Shown here one piece after another: positions 41,032-54,998 of a stretch of 64,000 bases of DNA; within the stretch, counting starts at the first letter, position 1; every line of letters begins with the position of its first letter. Where the stretch lies: positions 77,872,001 through 77,936,000 of the forward strand of contig OX597827.1 in the NCBI GenBank assembly GCA_951406725.2, written 5' to 3'. Made by a program: the position numbers and the translations under genes. The notes under the pieces were generated by a model. The model saw nothing but the letters and a program-made list of their open reading frames with translations. It searched no databases and was not told the DNA's origin. Origin of the DNA: Octopus vulgaris (lineage: Eukaryota).

Positions 41032-41362
41032 GACACCCATAAATGTTTATATGTGTGTGTGTGTGCATACTCATGCTATCATCATGATTTTTCCATGTAA
41101 CCCACGTTGACATGCTTTAAACATCTTCGAGAGACCAATTTTTTCTCCTCCTGTCGGAAGCTCTTCGTTTTGCCTTTTTCTTACCTGTTAATGCAAACTC
41201 CATTATTTTTTTCCAACCCCTGATCCCTTCCATGTCGAAATGCATGAAGCTGTTTTACTGTTGAATGTAAACATCGTCACCGTATTTCTCAGCAAAGAAT
41301 CAATGGAAACATTTAAAATCAACAGTAACACATACACAGATCATATCTATGTATGTGTATTT

Positions 41363-41419
<57 letters not shown>

Positions 41420-41434
41420 ATATATATATATATG

Positions 41435-41532
<98 letters not shown>

Positions 41533-41537
41533 ATATG

Positions 41538-41590
<53 letters not shown>

Positions 41591-42656
41591 ATATGTATAT
41601 GTATGTATGTATATATATATGTATATGTATGTATATATATATGTATATATGTATATATATATGTATGTATGTATATATATATATATGTATGTATATGTAT
41701 GTATATATATATATATATATATGTATGTATATGTATGTATATATATATATAGCCAAGGTTCTTACCCGAATCTCATTTAATTGTGTGTGTGTGTGTGTGC
41801 AGTCATAGCTTTGTTGTTAAGAAGCTAGCTTTCCAACCACATGGTTTCAGGATCAATCCTGCTACTTGGCACCTTGAGCAAAATGTCTTTTACTATAGCC
41901 CTGGGCTGACGAAAGTCTTGCGTGTGGATTTGGTGGACAGAAACTGACAAAAGCCCATCATATGCATGCGTGCATGTGTGTGTGTGTGTGTGTATCCTTC
42001 CTTGTCTGCAGTTATTGTAAACGAGCCTCCCTGTCATATAAGCAATGCTGTATATTTTCTGTTTTCCATGGTGAAGCATTGCTTCGATCAGGCGCAGGTT
42101 GGTGACAGGAAGAGCATCCAGCCATAGAAAATCTGCTTCAACTTGCAAACATAGACTTGCAAGACTTCAAATGATAATAATAATGATGATGATGATGGTG
42201 ATATGTATAGTGAGCTTCATAACAGTTTCTCTCTACTAATTTCACTGACAATGCATTGACCATCTGTAGGCTTGTAAGATAAGCTGCCAATGCTGTGACC
42301 AAATGTCTTTGCTTCAGTCCGGCTCAGCTGGCTAAAGTGAGTATCAATGAGCAACGGAGTGCTTGGTCACTATCAAAGGTACTGGGACCGTAGGAAGAGA
42401 TCAGTGGTACCACCAAACACGCTGAGGTAGGAAGTAGATGACATCCAGCACTAGAATGCTGTAGTCAAGGATTTCACCTCTGCAGATGTGTGTAGCATCA
42501 TCAGCAACTTCATTTCATGTCTGTTTTCCATAAGTTGCCATGGGTTGGGGGGCACTTCAACAAGAACTAATGTGTCAGAGAACCTGACCTTGCTATAACA
42601 GCCCTTTTTGACATGGTTTCTAGAGGCAGCTGCCCTTTCATATATATATCTATATA

Positions 42657-42776
42657 TATGTAATTTTTTTGCGTAATGAGATAAAAAAACTATGGCTGTG
42701 TAGAACATTTATAAATGTTCTAAAATCTACACAGCCTTGGTTTTTTATCTCATTATGAAAAAAAAAATTTTATATA
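42657..42776. repeat. Palindromic/foldback element
   Basis: TAATGAGATAAAAAAAC..GGCTGTGTAGA is mirrored by TCTACACAGCC..GTTTTTTATCTCATTA, with inner palindrome TAGAACATTTATAAATGTTCTA. Confidence 0.75.
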
Positions 42777-42913
42777 CACACGTTGACATATGACCAACGT
42801 TGAACCCCTTATTTGCATAATCACCAAACCTGGAACTTAACTATGGTCTGTCTATAGCACTTATTCAGCATTACCTGACACCTTTGGGTCTCAGTGACAG
42901 CATTACCTCTCAT

Positions 42914-42986
<73 letters not shown>

Positions 42987-44991
42987 TATGTATATGTGAG
43001 TGTGTGTGTTGGTGGCACATAAAACGTGATTAACATACTCTAAGTGGTTGGCATTAGGAAGGGCATCCAGCCATTGAAGCCATGCCACAACGGACAATTG
43101 GAATCTGGACAGCTTTCTGCTAGTCACCTCCATGTCAAATCGTCCATCCCATGCCAGCATGGAAAGCAGACATTAAACAATGATGATGATGATGATATAT
43201 ATATATATTTAAATAATATAAATTAATTAATCTTATGTATTGGCTTAAATTTTTCATTGTATGATTTGCCTAATAGTGGTTTTATCTCTAATTTAATATA
43301 ATATATATATATACATGTGTGTGTATGTATACATACACATATATACATATATATATATTTATGTGTGTATATGTATATATACATACACATACACATCATC
43401 ATTATCATTAAGGTGGCAAACTGGCAAATTTCTTAGGGTCTTAGGAATAAATTCAGCAGCTTTTTTTTCCAACTCATTACAATCTGAGTTCAAATCCTGT
43501 TGAAGTCAACTTCACCTTTTGTCCTTCCAGGATTAATAAACTATTGCACCAGTGCAGCACTAGGGTTGAGTCCCACCCTGCTTCCCTAAAATTGCTGGCC
43601 TTGTGTCAAAATTTGAAATAATTTTGTGAAAACTGCCGATGCTGGCATCGGTCGGCTGGATTGCCACATTTCAAGGCAGTTGTTGAGAGTTACTACTCTT
43701 AGCAGGATCTGTACTGAGGGGGTGATGAGGCAGGATGTTAGGTCTAGGATCTTGTCCTTCCTTACCTGCTTTTCAAGTAAAGTTCACTGTTTGTATTTGC
43801 TGTAGAGGTCTTTGAAAGGGAAATGCGACTAGTCACATTAACGGGGACTGATATAAACATCACCATGTCATACTGAAACACAAGCATGGAATATCACACA
43901 AACTCATACTTAGATACATACAGAGTAAGCACATAGATGTGAAACAAGGTGAAAAAAATAGTACTCGAATACCAGAGGTAGAGTAATATGCTTTATTAAA
44001 AAGCAGCAGAAATATCGCAAAAACTGTTACTCAGAGTTTCATTATTCCCGTTCAGACAGTTTTGTTTAGAATGGAGCAAGATAGTTATATTTCTGCATAT
44101 AATTCTATCTTGCTCTCTCTCTCTCTCCCTTCCTCCTTTCTCTCCCTTTTTCCTCTCTCTCTCTCTCTCTCAAAAGACAGGGGCAGGTGTGGAAACAAGA
44201 AATGAGGTGTATTAGTGTGACGCTGATGAAAAACATCTTTGATGTTTTGAGCGTGCGCTCTTCAAAAGAAAGAAATGAGGGAAGAAAAAGGAGAGTAAAA
44301 TGTGTGTGTCTGTGGTGTTGGACTCGTGATGGTAAGATTGTGGTTTCAGTCCCTAGACCAGTCGATGTCTCGTGTTCTTGGGCAAAACACTTCATTTCAC
44401 ATTGCTCCAGTCCATTCAGCTGGCAAAAATGAAGAATCCTGCAACAGACTGGCGTCCTGTCCTGGGAGGAATATATATGAGCCAGAGAAATCCAGGAAAA
44501 TTGACACTGACCCCCTTACAGAGTAATAGGGACTTCCTTCTGGCATATGCACTCACTATGTTTTGGTCAAGCAGGGTTGCTGTAGGAGATGATGCTCCAA
44601 GTCAGACACACCGATATCAAAGCAGAAAAACAGGTGGTTCTGAAGTATTCCACCCTGCCACATCATCATCGTTTAACGTCTGCTTTCCATGCTGGCATGG
44701 GTTGGGTGGTTTGACTGAGGTCCTGAGAGCCAGCGGCTGCACCAGGCTCTAGTCTGACCTGGCAAGATTTCTACAGCTGGACACCCGTCCTAACGCCAAC
44801 CACTCCGTGAGTGTAGAAGGTGCTTTTTATGTGCCACCTGCACAGGTGCCAGATGGAACTGGCTAACGGATACAAACGGATGGTGCTTTTACGTGCCACC
44901 GGCACGGGGGCCAGGCGAGGCTGGCAACGGACACGAACGGATGGTGCTTTTAAGTGTATATGTGTGAAGGCGTGTGGCCGAGTGGTTAGGG

Positions 44992-45170
44992 CAGTGCTTT
45001 TCAAACTTTTTGCTGGAGCGGAACCCCAAGGAAACATTCCACTGGCTCGAGGAACCCCTGTGCAATAATTTAATAGACTTATGCACACATATCTGCACAG
45101 GAGACTTAAAAATTACTGCCGATTTTAGCAGTTTTGTAACTTCTTGCGGAACCCTGGTTGAAAACCACTG
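44992..45170. mobile_element. hAT-type MITE inserted in a SINE head
   Basis: 8-bp TSD GGTTAGGG at 44984-44991 and 45171-45178. TIR CAGTG(C/G)TTTTCAA. Confidence 0.9.
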
Positions 45171-45478
45171 GGTTAGGGTGTTGCACTAGATTGTAGGTTT
45201 GATTTGCAGACTGGGTTGCACATTGTGATTTTGAGTGAAACACTTCGTTGCACCTTCTGATGCATTAGCTTTCTGATCAAGATGGGAACATTGGCCTGCT
45301 TGCCTGGCCAGTGGGGGTGGCATCACTTGAAAGCTACAAAAACGATGTGAAGTGCATTGTGAACAGTGATGTAGAACAACATCCAATTCTGTGATTGATG
45401 CTGTGATACCATGATATGTATATCTGTACACATATATATACATGTGTGTGTGTGTGTGTGTATTATATATTATATATA

Positions 45479-45868
45479 GGCACAGGTGTGGCTGTGTGGT
45501 AAGAAGCTTGCTTCCCAACCACATGGTTCCGGGTTCAGTCCCACTATGTGGTACCTTTGGCAAGTGTCTTCTAACTATAGCCTCAGGCTGACCAAAGCCT
45601 TGTGAGTGGATTTGGTAGGCGGAAACTGAAAGAAGCCTGTCGTATATATATATATATCTGTATATATATGTGTGTGTTTGTCCCCCTCCCCCGCTATCGC
45701 TTGACAACCGATGTTGGTGTGTTTACGTCCCTGAAACCTAGCAGTTCAGCAAAAAGAGATCGATAGAATAAGTACTAGGCTTACAAAGAAGAAATTCTGG
45801 TGTTGCTTTCTTCGACTAAAGGCAGTGCTCCAGCATGGCCACAGTCAAATGACTGAAACAAATAAAAG
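45479..45868 (+). mobile_element. SINE family A, full length
   Basis: Matches 14459-14873. Confidence 0.88.
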
Positions 45869-46040
45869 GCTAAGCACATAGTCCAACCCATGCCAGCATG
45901 GAAAGCGAATGTTAAATGATGATATATAGACATGTAATTTTATACACATATGTATGCAAGTAGATAGATAGATAGATAGACAGATAGATAGACAGATAGA
46001 TGGGTAGATAGATAGATAGATAGATAGACAGATAGATGGG

Positions 46041-46072
<32 letters not shown>

Positions 46073-46133
46073 CAGATAGATAGATAGATAGGTAGACAGA
46101 TTGATAGATAGATAGATAGATAGATAGATAGAC

Positions 46134-46165
<32 letters not shown>

Positions 46166-46233
46166 GGGATAGATAGATGGGTAGATAGATAGATAGATAG
46201 ATAGATGGGTAGATAGATAGATAGATAGATAGG

Positions 46234-46285
<52 letters not shown>

Positions 46286-46799
46286 GAGATAGATATGTGG
46301 GTAGACCTGAAAATTTACCGTGTAATGAATGTACATACATGTTGACATATATGTGCACTTGTACAATGAAAGGTATTTGTATGTGTCTATGTATTTAAGT
46401 ATATAGATCACTACATTGTCGATGATTGTATTTATACAGAAATATTAGGTAAAAAGGATAAAATTTCAAGAGATTTTATTCATTCGAATATATAACTTTG
46501 CATTTCCCTTTTCGTTGTTGATCAGATGAATCTAAAAACCCAGTATACAGACACACACACGGTTCGTTGAAATTGTTGTGTGGTGGGAATACGTCTGCGG
46601 GACAGTGGAATGTAGAGCGTTTGAGAGCCATGGCCAGGAAGATGTGAGACGTAGAGAATTTAAGGCCAGGCCTGGAGACATCGTTTTATCTCTGTGTGTA
46701 TGGTAGTGTGTGTGTGGAGAGAGAGAGAGAGAGAGAGGGGGGACAGACAGAGTATGTGTGTTTGAGAGAATGAGTGAGAGCGGGAATGATAGTAAGTGA

Positions 46800-46990
46800 A
46801 GGGTGTGAGGCGGTGTGAGAAATGTCGCTCAAAGTTTTGCTTTGACCGGAGTGACCACATCGGTCAGTCCGTTTCGTCGGTGTGACGTCACGGACACGTA
46901 TGACGTCATTGTGGCCACATGACACAGTTCTGGTCAGTGGTTCACTCGGAACTCGCTGAAACCGACACATTCGTGGCCATGTGAGCGGGG
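46800..46990 (+). promoter_or_regulatory. Candidate promoter or enhancer with two full CRE palindromes
   Basis: TGACGTCA at 46883-46890 and 46901-46908 in non-repetitive CpG-rich sequence. Donor-like CAT|GTGAGC at 46981. Confidence 0.55.
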
Positions 46991-47340
46991 ACAATGTGTG
47001 TCTGTGTGTTATATACACACTCGTTCGTAGCATGCAAAGATATGCGTATATATTATACGCATGTGCGTGTTTTTGTATGCCTATGAGCGTCAGAGAACAG
47101 ATCAATCGTGTGTGTATATTCGTGCATGCATATAATCACATTTTCGTGTATGTGTTTTATTTCTGATTCCCACATCAGGATGCGTAAATGATTCTAATAT
47201 TTACGCCTATATAACAAACCTATATATATATATATGCGTGTGTATATATATATATATATATGCGTGTGTATGTATGCACACACACACACATACATTTATG
47301 CATGTGTTATTAGCAGACACACACACACACACACACACAC

Positions 47341-47380
<40 letters not shown>

Positions 47381-47384
47381 TATA

Positions 47385-47578
47385 TACCGGAGTAAACACA
47401 TAAATGTGAAACAAGGTGGAAAAAAGAGTACTCAAATACCAGTGGTAGAGTAATATGCTTTATTTAAAAGCAGCAGAAAATTCAACAAAATCTGTTACTC
47501 TGAGTTTCACGTTGCCGTTCATCAGACGAGAAACTCAGAGTAACAGATTTTGTTGAATTTTCTGCTGCTTTAAATAAA

Positions 47579-47580
<2 letters not shown>
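47385..47580. mobile_element. Penelope-like inverted-repeat element in (TA)n
   Basis: Near-perfect arms of about 48 bp at 47460-47508 and 47530-47578. Family copies at 34790 and 43918. Confidence 0.7.
47491..47527 (-). ncRNA. Type I hammerhead ribozyme core (stem I truncated by the inversion junction)
   Basis: Minus strand GT-CTGATGA-ACG-GCAA-CGT-GAAA-CTC-A-GAG-TA-ACAGA. A full stem I (AAAACTGT/ACAGTTTT) survives in the copy at 44019-44063. Confidence 0.65.
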
Positions 47581-47634
<54 letters not shown>

Positions 47635-47798
47635 ATGTGCATATACTCAATGCTTGTGTAATAAAGAATTGCATAACTAGATATTCGTTAAAAAAATATG
47701 TATAGAAATTATGTATGGTATATAGCATGCATATTTGAAATATGCGCGCGATTGTGTGTGTGTATAGGCAAACACGCATTTGGTGAGCCATGTCCAAT

Positions 47799-47845
<47 letters not shown>

Positions 47846-49089
47846 TGTGAAGCAAAATAATTGGAAATCTTGAACCGAATATGTATTTTGAGTGAATTTG
47901 AGGGAACCACCCGAGCGGTGTGTACTCTGTGTGTGTGTGTGTGTGTGTGCATGGGTGCACATACACACACAATGTGTGTGTATGTTCACGTCTATATATA
48001 AAGTTTTCTTGCATGTTCTGTTTATTAAATGTTAGGTAAGAATCGATGTATAATGCGGTATGTGCATGTACATATACATACCACTATTTGTGTGAGTGTG
48101 AATACCATGTTATTTTTGGGTCTATATACATGTGTGTGACTTTATACATACATACACATATATATGCATGTGTGCCTTGCTTTTTTTCTCTGAATGCGTG
48201 TGTATAGAGTATTACGTCCTGCTCCTATTCCAGTTGCCTATCTCAGACCCACACACTCCACCACTCCCATCGACCATCCCCCCAAGTCCACCCCAACCCC
48301 AACCCCACTTAATCAGTGGATCCAGACACACGATGCAAGTCTATGAACCGCCTCCATGGCATAGCTGCTGTGTGTCCAACAGTCCATCACCTCATGAAAT
48401 TCCTCTCACAGATATAGACAGGGCGTCGTCCATTACCAACTGCATGGAGAGAGAGAGCAAGATTATTGTTCCACTGCCAAATTACGAAACACTGTCTATC
48501 CATCCATTTATCTATCTATCATCTATCTGTCTGTCTATCTATCTATCTTCTATCTGTCTGTCTGTCTATATGTCTATATATCTGTCTGTCTGTCTGTCTC
48601 TATATCCATACATACAAAACGAGAGGTGGAGATATTAATATCTCCACCTCTCGTTTATATATATATATATATAAATAAATATAAATATATATATAAATAT
48701 ATATATATTTATTTATTTATATATATATTTATATTTATTTATTTATATATATATTTATATTTATTTATTTATATATATATTTATATTTATTTATTTATAT
48801 ATATATATTTATATATATATTTATATTTATTTATTTATATATATATATATTTATATATATATATTTATATTTATTTATTTATATATATATTTATATTTAT
48901 TTATATATATATATTTATATATATATTTATATTTATTTATATATATATATATTTATATATATATTTATATTTATTTATTTATATATATATATATTTATAG
49001 CTAACTTAAGGCGATGGCCTCATGGAGCTAATAAGCGGACAGCTTTATTCTTATTTTTATAAGAATGCCATATTAGTATGGCGATAGCT

Positions 49090-49491
<402 letters not shown>

Positions 49492-49560
49492 TTTGATACT
49501 TACTTTGATAGGTTTCGGCCATGTCTAACTTAATAGCACCACCTGGTGAAGTCTTTCAAG

Positions 49561-50980
49561 TCAGAATTTGGGCACTATGGCCCACTCAAGTAGAGAGTTA
49601 TTGTTTACAGAGACATATCCGGGTGTAGGGGGTTTATCCGGGATTTCTTGAAGGAATCTGTCCAAAGACTTCTTGAACCCTATAGGGTCTGTTTCTGTTT
49701 TAATGAGTTTTGGTGTAATGTTAAAGAGAGCGGGTCCAATTGAGGTGAAATAATTGTGCCGTATTGTTGTTATGAGATGAGAGTGTGATTTTTGTTGTGG
49801 ACGGATGGCATGGGGCCCAAGCCTTGGATGTACGTTAAAGGTGATGCCAACATCATTTGGGCAATGCTGATGGAATATTTTCCACATCATGCAGATGATG
49901 TAGCGCTCACGGCGACGTTGGAGAGAATAAAGTTTTAGCTTTTCTAGTCGACCCCAATAGTCGAGGCCTGTCATGCCATCTATCTTTTTTGCGATTGCCC
50001 TTTGAGGTGCTTCAACTTTTATGATACTTTGTTTTGTGTGGGGAGACCACAGTGGACAACAGTATTCAAGGTGGGGGTCGGGCAAAAGTGGAGAAGAGAA
50101 GGATAATGGTGTGGATATCTCTCGACTGGAAAGTTCTGAGAATCCAGGAACACATTCTGCGGGCCATGTCAACTTTGGTGTTTATATGAGTGGCCCAGCT
50201 TATGTTGTTGTCCACAATTATTCCCAAGTCTCTGATGTTGTTGGATGCCACGAGAGTTTCACCTGAAGGAAGGGAGTATGGGAGTTTCAGGGCATCCTCT
50301 TTTCCAAAGTGGATTAACTCGAATTTATCCTCGTTCAGCAGCATATTGTTCTTTTCTGCCCATTGGATAACAGCCAGTAGATCTGACTGAATGCATGTCC
50401 GGTCACTCGCCTCATTTATGACCTTCTGGAGCTTGGAATCATCTGCAAAGATTTTTATGTTGCTGTGCTTGATGATGTCATTAATGTAGATGATGAAATG
50501 AAGTGGGCCCAGCACAGTGCTTTGCGGAACGCCACTACTGACTTTGGCTGGGCTTGATTTTACTCCTTCAACTACAACATGTTGAGATCTGTCTGTCAGG
50601 AAACACTTGATCCAGTTCAGTAACTTTCCAGAGACACCAATGTTGGATAGTTTTTTCGATAGGATCTTGTGATCAACCCTGTCGAAGGCCTTGCTGAAAT
50701 CAAGGTAGATGACATCGGTGTTGGAGCCCTCTCCCAAAGCTTTCAAAATGTCATCAAAGTGATGCAGGAGCTGCGTTAGGCAGTCCCTTCCATTACGGAA
50801 CCCATGTTGGTTAGAGATCAGCCATCTGTTGCTTTCTAGAAATTGGGACTTGTTTCCCTTTTTGAAAACTGGGACAACAGACTGGGACAGAAAGTTTTTA
50901 GGAATATAGCCAGCATCCAGTGAGTTTCTCCACAGATTAGTAAGGGGAGATGCAAGTTGGTGTCGAAACACCTTCAGGAC
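49561..50980 (-). pseudogene. Non-LTR reverse transcriptase plus C-terminal domain
   Basis: QHGFR, YLDFSKAFDRVDH, GVPQSTVLGP, FADDSKL, RDLGI and RPHLEYC motifs. A +1 frameshift lies in the run at about 50073-50077. The NYRPISL segment is missing after KKGNKS and there is no APE domain. Confidence 0.93.
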
Positions 50981-51547
50981 ACAGAGAGCAGTGGTTTCTT
51001 ATTTGGTTTTTTGTTGGTGGTATTTTTGGTGATAGAAGACGATGGTGGCAGCGGTGTTGGTGATGATGATGATGATGATGATAATTGTGGTGGTTGCTGT
51101 GAGAGCGGTGAATAGATACTGGTATTCAGGGAATCATCTATTATGCTAGAGTTTAGGAGTGGCTGTTGTTGCTGTGACTGTTGTTGTTTCTGTGGCTGTT
51201 GTTGTGCTTGACCGATGTCAGGGTCAGCTATTATGCTGGGAACTAGGAGTGGCTCATTCTGTTGTTGTTGTTGATTTTCTAGCTGTTGCTGTTCTTGGGC
51301 TTGAACAGTGAAAATATAAAGTTTTTCAAAACGGGTTTTAGTTAGTTTGAAAGAGACTTCGATATGCTTCAGTTTGCTACGAATCGGTTTGACGGATCGT
51401 GTGTTGATTATTTGCGATGTTTTTTCGGCAATCTCATTCAAACATAAAACATTAAAATTTTCTGTTTGGGAAAGAGAGAACCAAGTGTTAATTAAGACAT
51501 CAATTTCATTATCAGACCAATTTCGTCTGTTGCAGGTTAGTCGTCAT
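50974..51547 (-). pseudogene. Myb/SANT-like domain ORF followed by a Q/S/P-rich linker (putative ORF1)
   Basis: The frame is open from 51543: TCNRRNWSDNEIDVLINTWFSL..NEIAEKTSQIINTRSVKPIRSKLKHIEVSFK. The ATG at 51545-51547 is 1 nt out of frame. Confidence 0.6.
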
Positions 51548-51859
51548 GTTTGTTTTTCTTTTGATTTTTGATATATATATATATTCTTTCTTGTGAGTTG
51601 AAGAAGTGTATATATATATAAATATTCTCTCTTAAGGGTGTGAGTTTTTGATTATTTGGTTGTTTGAAGATATTAAAAGAAAAACAAGTGTATATAACAA
51701 TTTGTAGTTAAATAAAAACGTACTTACGGGGTTTGTAGGGAAACACGTGGTTACAAATATATATATATATGTAAGGTCAGTTAGGTTTTGAAGCCGTGTA
51801 GCTTGGGAGAGAGAAATAAAAAGACGCCCGTCTTGTTCAACAGAGGCACTATATATCTA

Positions 51860-51917
<58 letters not shown>

Positions 51918-52022
51918 AAATGAAGAGGAATTGTGTATGTAACACAATTTTTAATCTTCGGATTTTTAAAATATGCTAAGCCACTGGTTTTAATTGATTA
52001 ATATCAATTTCTACCCTAATTA

Positions 52023-52087
<65 letters not shown>

Positions 52088-52170
52088 CGGAGTAAACAAG
52101 GTGGAAAAAAGTATATATATAAATAAATGAAAGAATGGAGTTGAACGAAGATGTTAACAAAATTCCTTTA

Positions 52171-52252
52171 CTCTCGACACATGTTTCGAAGACAGCATAT
52201 TTTCATTCCGAAGGAATAAAGGGTGCATTATGCAATTTTCTCATCAGGAAAG
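52171..52252 (-). ncRNA. Type I hammerhead ribozyme (long stem II)
   Basis: Minus strand CTTTC-CTGATGA-GAAAATTGCAT..ATGCTGTCTTC-GAAA-CATGTG-TC-GAGAG. Confidence 0.7.
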
Positions 52253-52335
52253 AAAAGGAACGATAATCGCTTTGGTTACCATGTAGGCAATCATCGAAAT
52301 TTTTGTTTGTCTTGTTGTTGTGAGAGGCTCTTTTT

Positions 52336-52395
52336 CTTTCCTGATGAGAAGATTGCATAATGCACTCTTTATTCCTTCGAAACATGTGTCGAGAG
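52336..52395 (+). ncRNA. Type I hammerhead ribozyme with canonical GUC site
   Basis: CTTTC-CTGATGA-GAAG..CTTC-GAAA-CATGTG-TC-GAGAG. The conserved core nucleotides are present and stem III contains the palindrome ACATGT. Confidence 0.75.
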
Positions 52396-52598
52396 TAAAG
52401 GAATTTTGTTAACATCTTCGTTCAACTCCATTCTTTCATTTATTCATATACAACACACAAATTTCTGCACATGAACCCGGAGTTTCTACCCTTGGACAGG
52501 TCGCTTCAACCGTGTTTTCTGACGTGAATTTGCTACCCAGGTTTCGGTTAAACGAATTTTCCATGCTGACGATAAACATAGGATAATTCATTCACCTA

Positions 52599-52705
<107 letters not shown>

Positions 52706-53218
52706 GTGTGTATATATGTGTATGTATGTATTTGTATATGTAAATACACATTTTATGTATGGAACACATGTATTGTACATGATATATATATATATATGTA
52801 TGTATGTATGAGCATATATATATATGTGGTTTCTGTACAGGATATGTATTGTTCATTAATAAATTTGTATGTAACCATACAAACACAGACATTCCTATCT
52901 GCATGTTCATATAGATAAGTATAGAATACGTGTGTGTGTGTGTCTATGTATTTTTACGCATGTGTGTATATGTGTATGACTGTATAAATAGACGTATGCC
53001 TCTCTGCTTCAGAATGTGTCTGTTATTACGTGTATGATTGTTTATATTTATGTGTCTGTGTGCCTGGTTTTGTGTTTACCTGTTTGTCTATGTGTATAAG
53101 TACAAGTGTGTGTGTGCCTCCGTACAGCATAATATGTATGTATGTATGTATGTGTGTATTACTGCGTGTATAAGTGTGTATGTATGTGTGCGCCATTGAA
53201 TCTTGTTTCTGTACACAC

Positions 53219-53255
<37 letters not shown>

Positions 53256-53517
53256 CAGGTGTTTGAAAATCACGGCAGAAAAATCAATGCCTTGACTACA
53301 ATAATTGATGTGTGTATATATGAGAGGAAATCGATGATGGTGGCTTCAGGGTTGTATCACCGCCACCACAACCATCATCATCATCACCATCAGCGATCGC
53401 TACTTCAAACTGGCTTCTTGACATTGTTTACACCTCTCATTTGCAACCCATCTTATGAAATAATGTGTGTGAGTGTGTGTGTGTGTGTGCGTATGTACGT
53501 ATGTGTATATATGTATC

Positions 53518-53556
<39 letters not shown>

Positions 53557-53660
53557 TTGTTAGTGTGTGTATATATGCACACACACATACACACATTCGT
53601 TTTGGTATTTGGTTTGAAACTTTCATGTGAATTCCTATGTTGAAACAAATTTTGTCTTGG

Positions 53661-54001
53661 GAGGGTCATTGTCAATAATAACACACGCACTGGTTCGATA
53701 TCACTTCTCTATTGTTCGTCAATTGGTTAAATATCTAACTAACTAATCAATTTTTCAATCTACTGTTTAAAACACTCAATTGGACAGACTCAGCACAGCC
53801 CTTAGAGGGGGGAGGTGGGGGCACGGAGATGGTGATGAGTAGCAACGAAAGAGCTTTGACTAACAAACAGCCGGTTGATTGTTTAACCAATACATTAAAC
53901 AATTGATTACTTAGTTTGTTAGATATTTAACCAAACTGACTGACGATAAAGAAGTGATATTGAACCAGTGTGTGTTTATTATCATTGGCATAATGACCCT
54001 C
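53661..54001. repeat. Imperfect inverted repeat, arms about 120 bp
   Basis: GAGGGTCATT..CACTGGTTCGATATCACTTC..GGTTAAATATCTAAC is mirrored at 53880-54001. Confidence 0.75.
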
Positions 54002-54040
54002 TCAAAATACAAAATATATGTATATATATATGTGTGTGTT

Positions 54041-54071
<31 letters not shown>

Positions 54072-54543
54072 TTACATATATATGTGTGTGTATATATATA
54101 TGTGTGTGTGTATACAAACTCATATAAAGAATCTTGCAAACCAAATCCAAAAACGAAATATATATGCGTGTGTGTATATATATACACACACACACACATG
54201 GCTCAGTGGTTAAGGTGTTGTACTCACAATTGCAAGATTGTGAGTTCGATTCCTTGACCAGGTGTTGTGTTGTGTTCTTGAGCAAAGTATGTTGCTCTGC
54301 GATCATTTCAGCATCTGAAACATGTGGCACATGGTGCACCTGTACAGGTAATGTCGATCTGAGGGAGGGACTGAGCTTATGTGGACACAAACATTTGATC
54401 GCTATAAACAAATCATCTGTGTGGTTGTTCGGTAAGAAATAGTCGAACCCTCATACGTCGTCTAATGATGGATGGGTCCATCATGTGTGTGTGTGTGTGG
54501 AGAAATACTGTAATGTAGTAAATCAAAGAACAGAAGTTGTGGT

Positions 54544-54998
54544 CATTATTTACATTATTTACATTTGATGGCTATTTGTCCTCATCTTGTTGGCTGATAT
54601 ACCCTCCAGCCTTCATCAGGTGTCCTGGGCAAATTTCAAACCTGGGTTCTCATTCTTAAGGTATTTTTCAATGTTGAAAATAACATCCATTTATGAATTT
54701 ATTTATTTAAAATTTTTTTAAATACATATTTTACCTATGAATTTGCGTGTGTAATCTAGGAATGCATACAATGAGCTTCTCTGCCATAGGTGTACGGAAA
54801 ACACCCGGCGAGAAATGGAAGAAAATTTGAAGAAAGAAGGAAAAAAAAATAATAATAACATTGAAAAATACCTTAGGAATGAGAACCCAGGTTCGAAATT
54901 TGCCCAGGACACCTGATGAAGGCTGGAGAGTATATCAGCTGAAATGCTGTGTTAACAACAAACAAGATGAGGACAAATATCCATCAGATGTAAATAAT
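54544..54998. mobile_element. Inverted pair of a hammerhead-bearing repeat
   Basis: Arms 54544-54674 and 54857-54998. GACAC-CTGATGA-AGGCTG..CAGCT-GAAA-TGCT-GTGTT at 54908-54953. Related copies at 57825-57965, 21236-21320 and 15777-15812. Confidence 0.7.

Larger units (their letters stand above)
52117..52450. mobile_element. Penelope-like inverted-repeat element with a hammerhead in each arm
   Basis: Arms about 52117-52256 and 52332-52450 are reverse complements apart from a 21-nt indel. Confidence 0.75.

Noticed and set aside
44984-45178. Telomere-like GGTTAGGG pair
   Set aside because: It is the 8-bp TSD of a hAT MITE within a SINE head.
49561-50971. Active LINE or domesticated RT gene
   Set aside because: Frameshift, internal deletions and a missing endonuclease.
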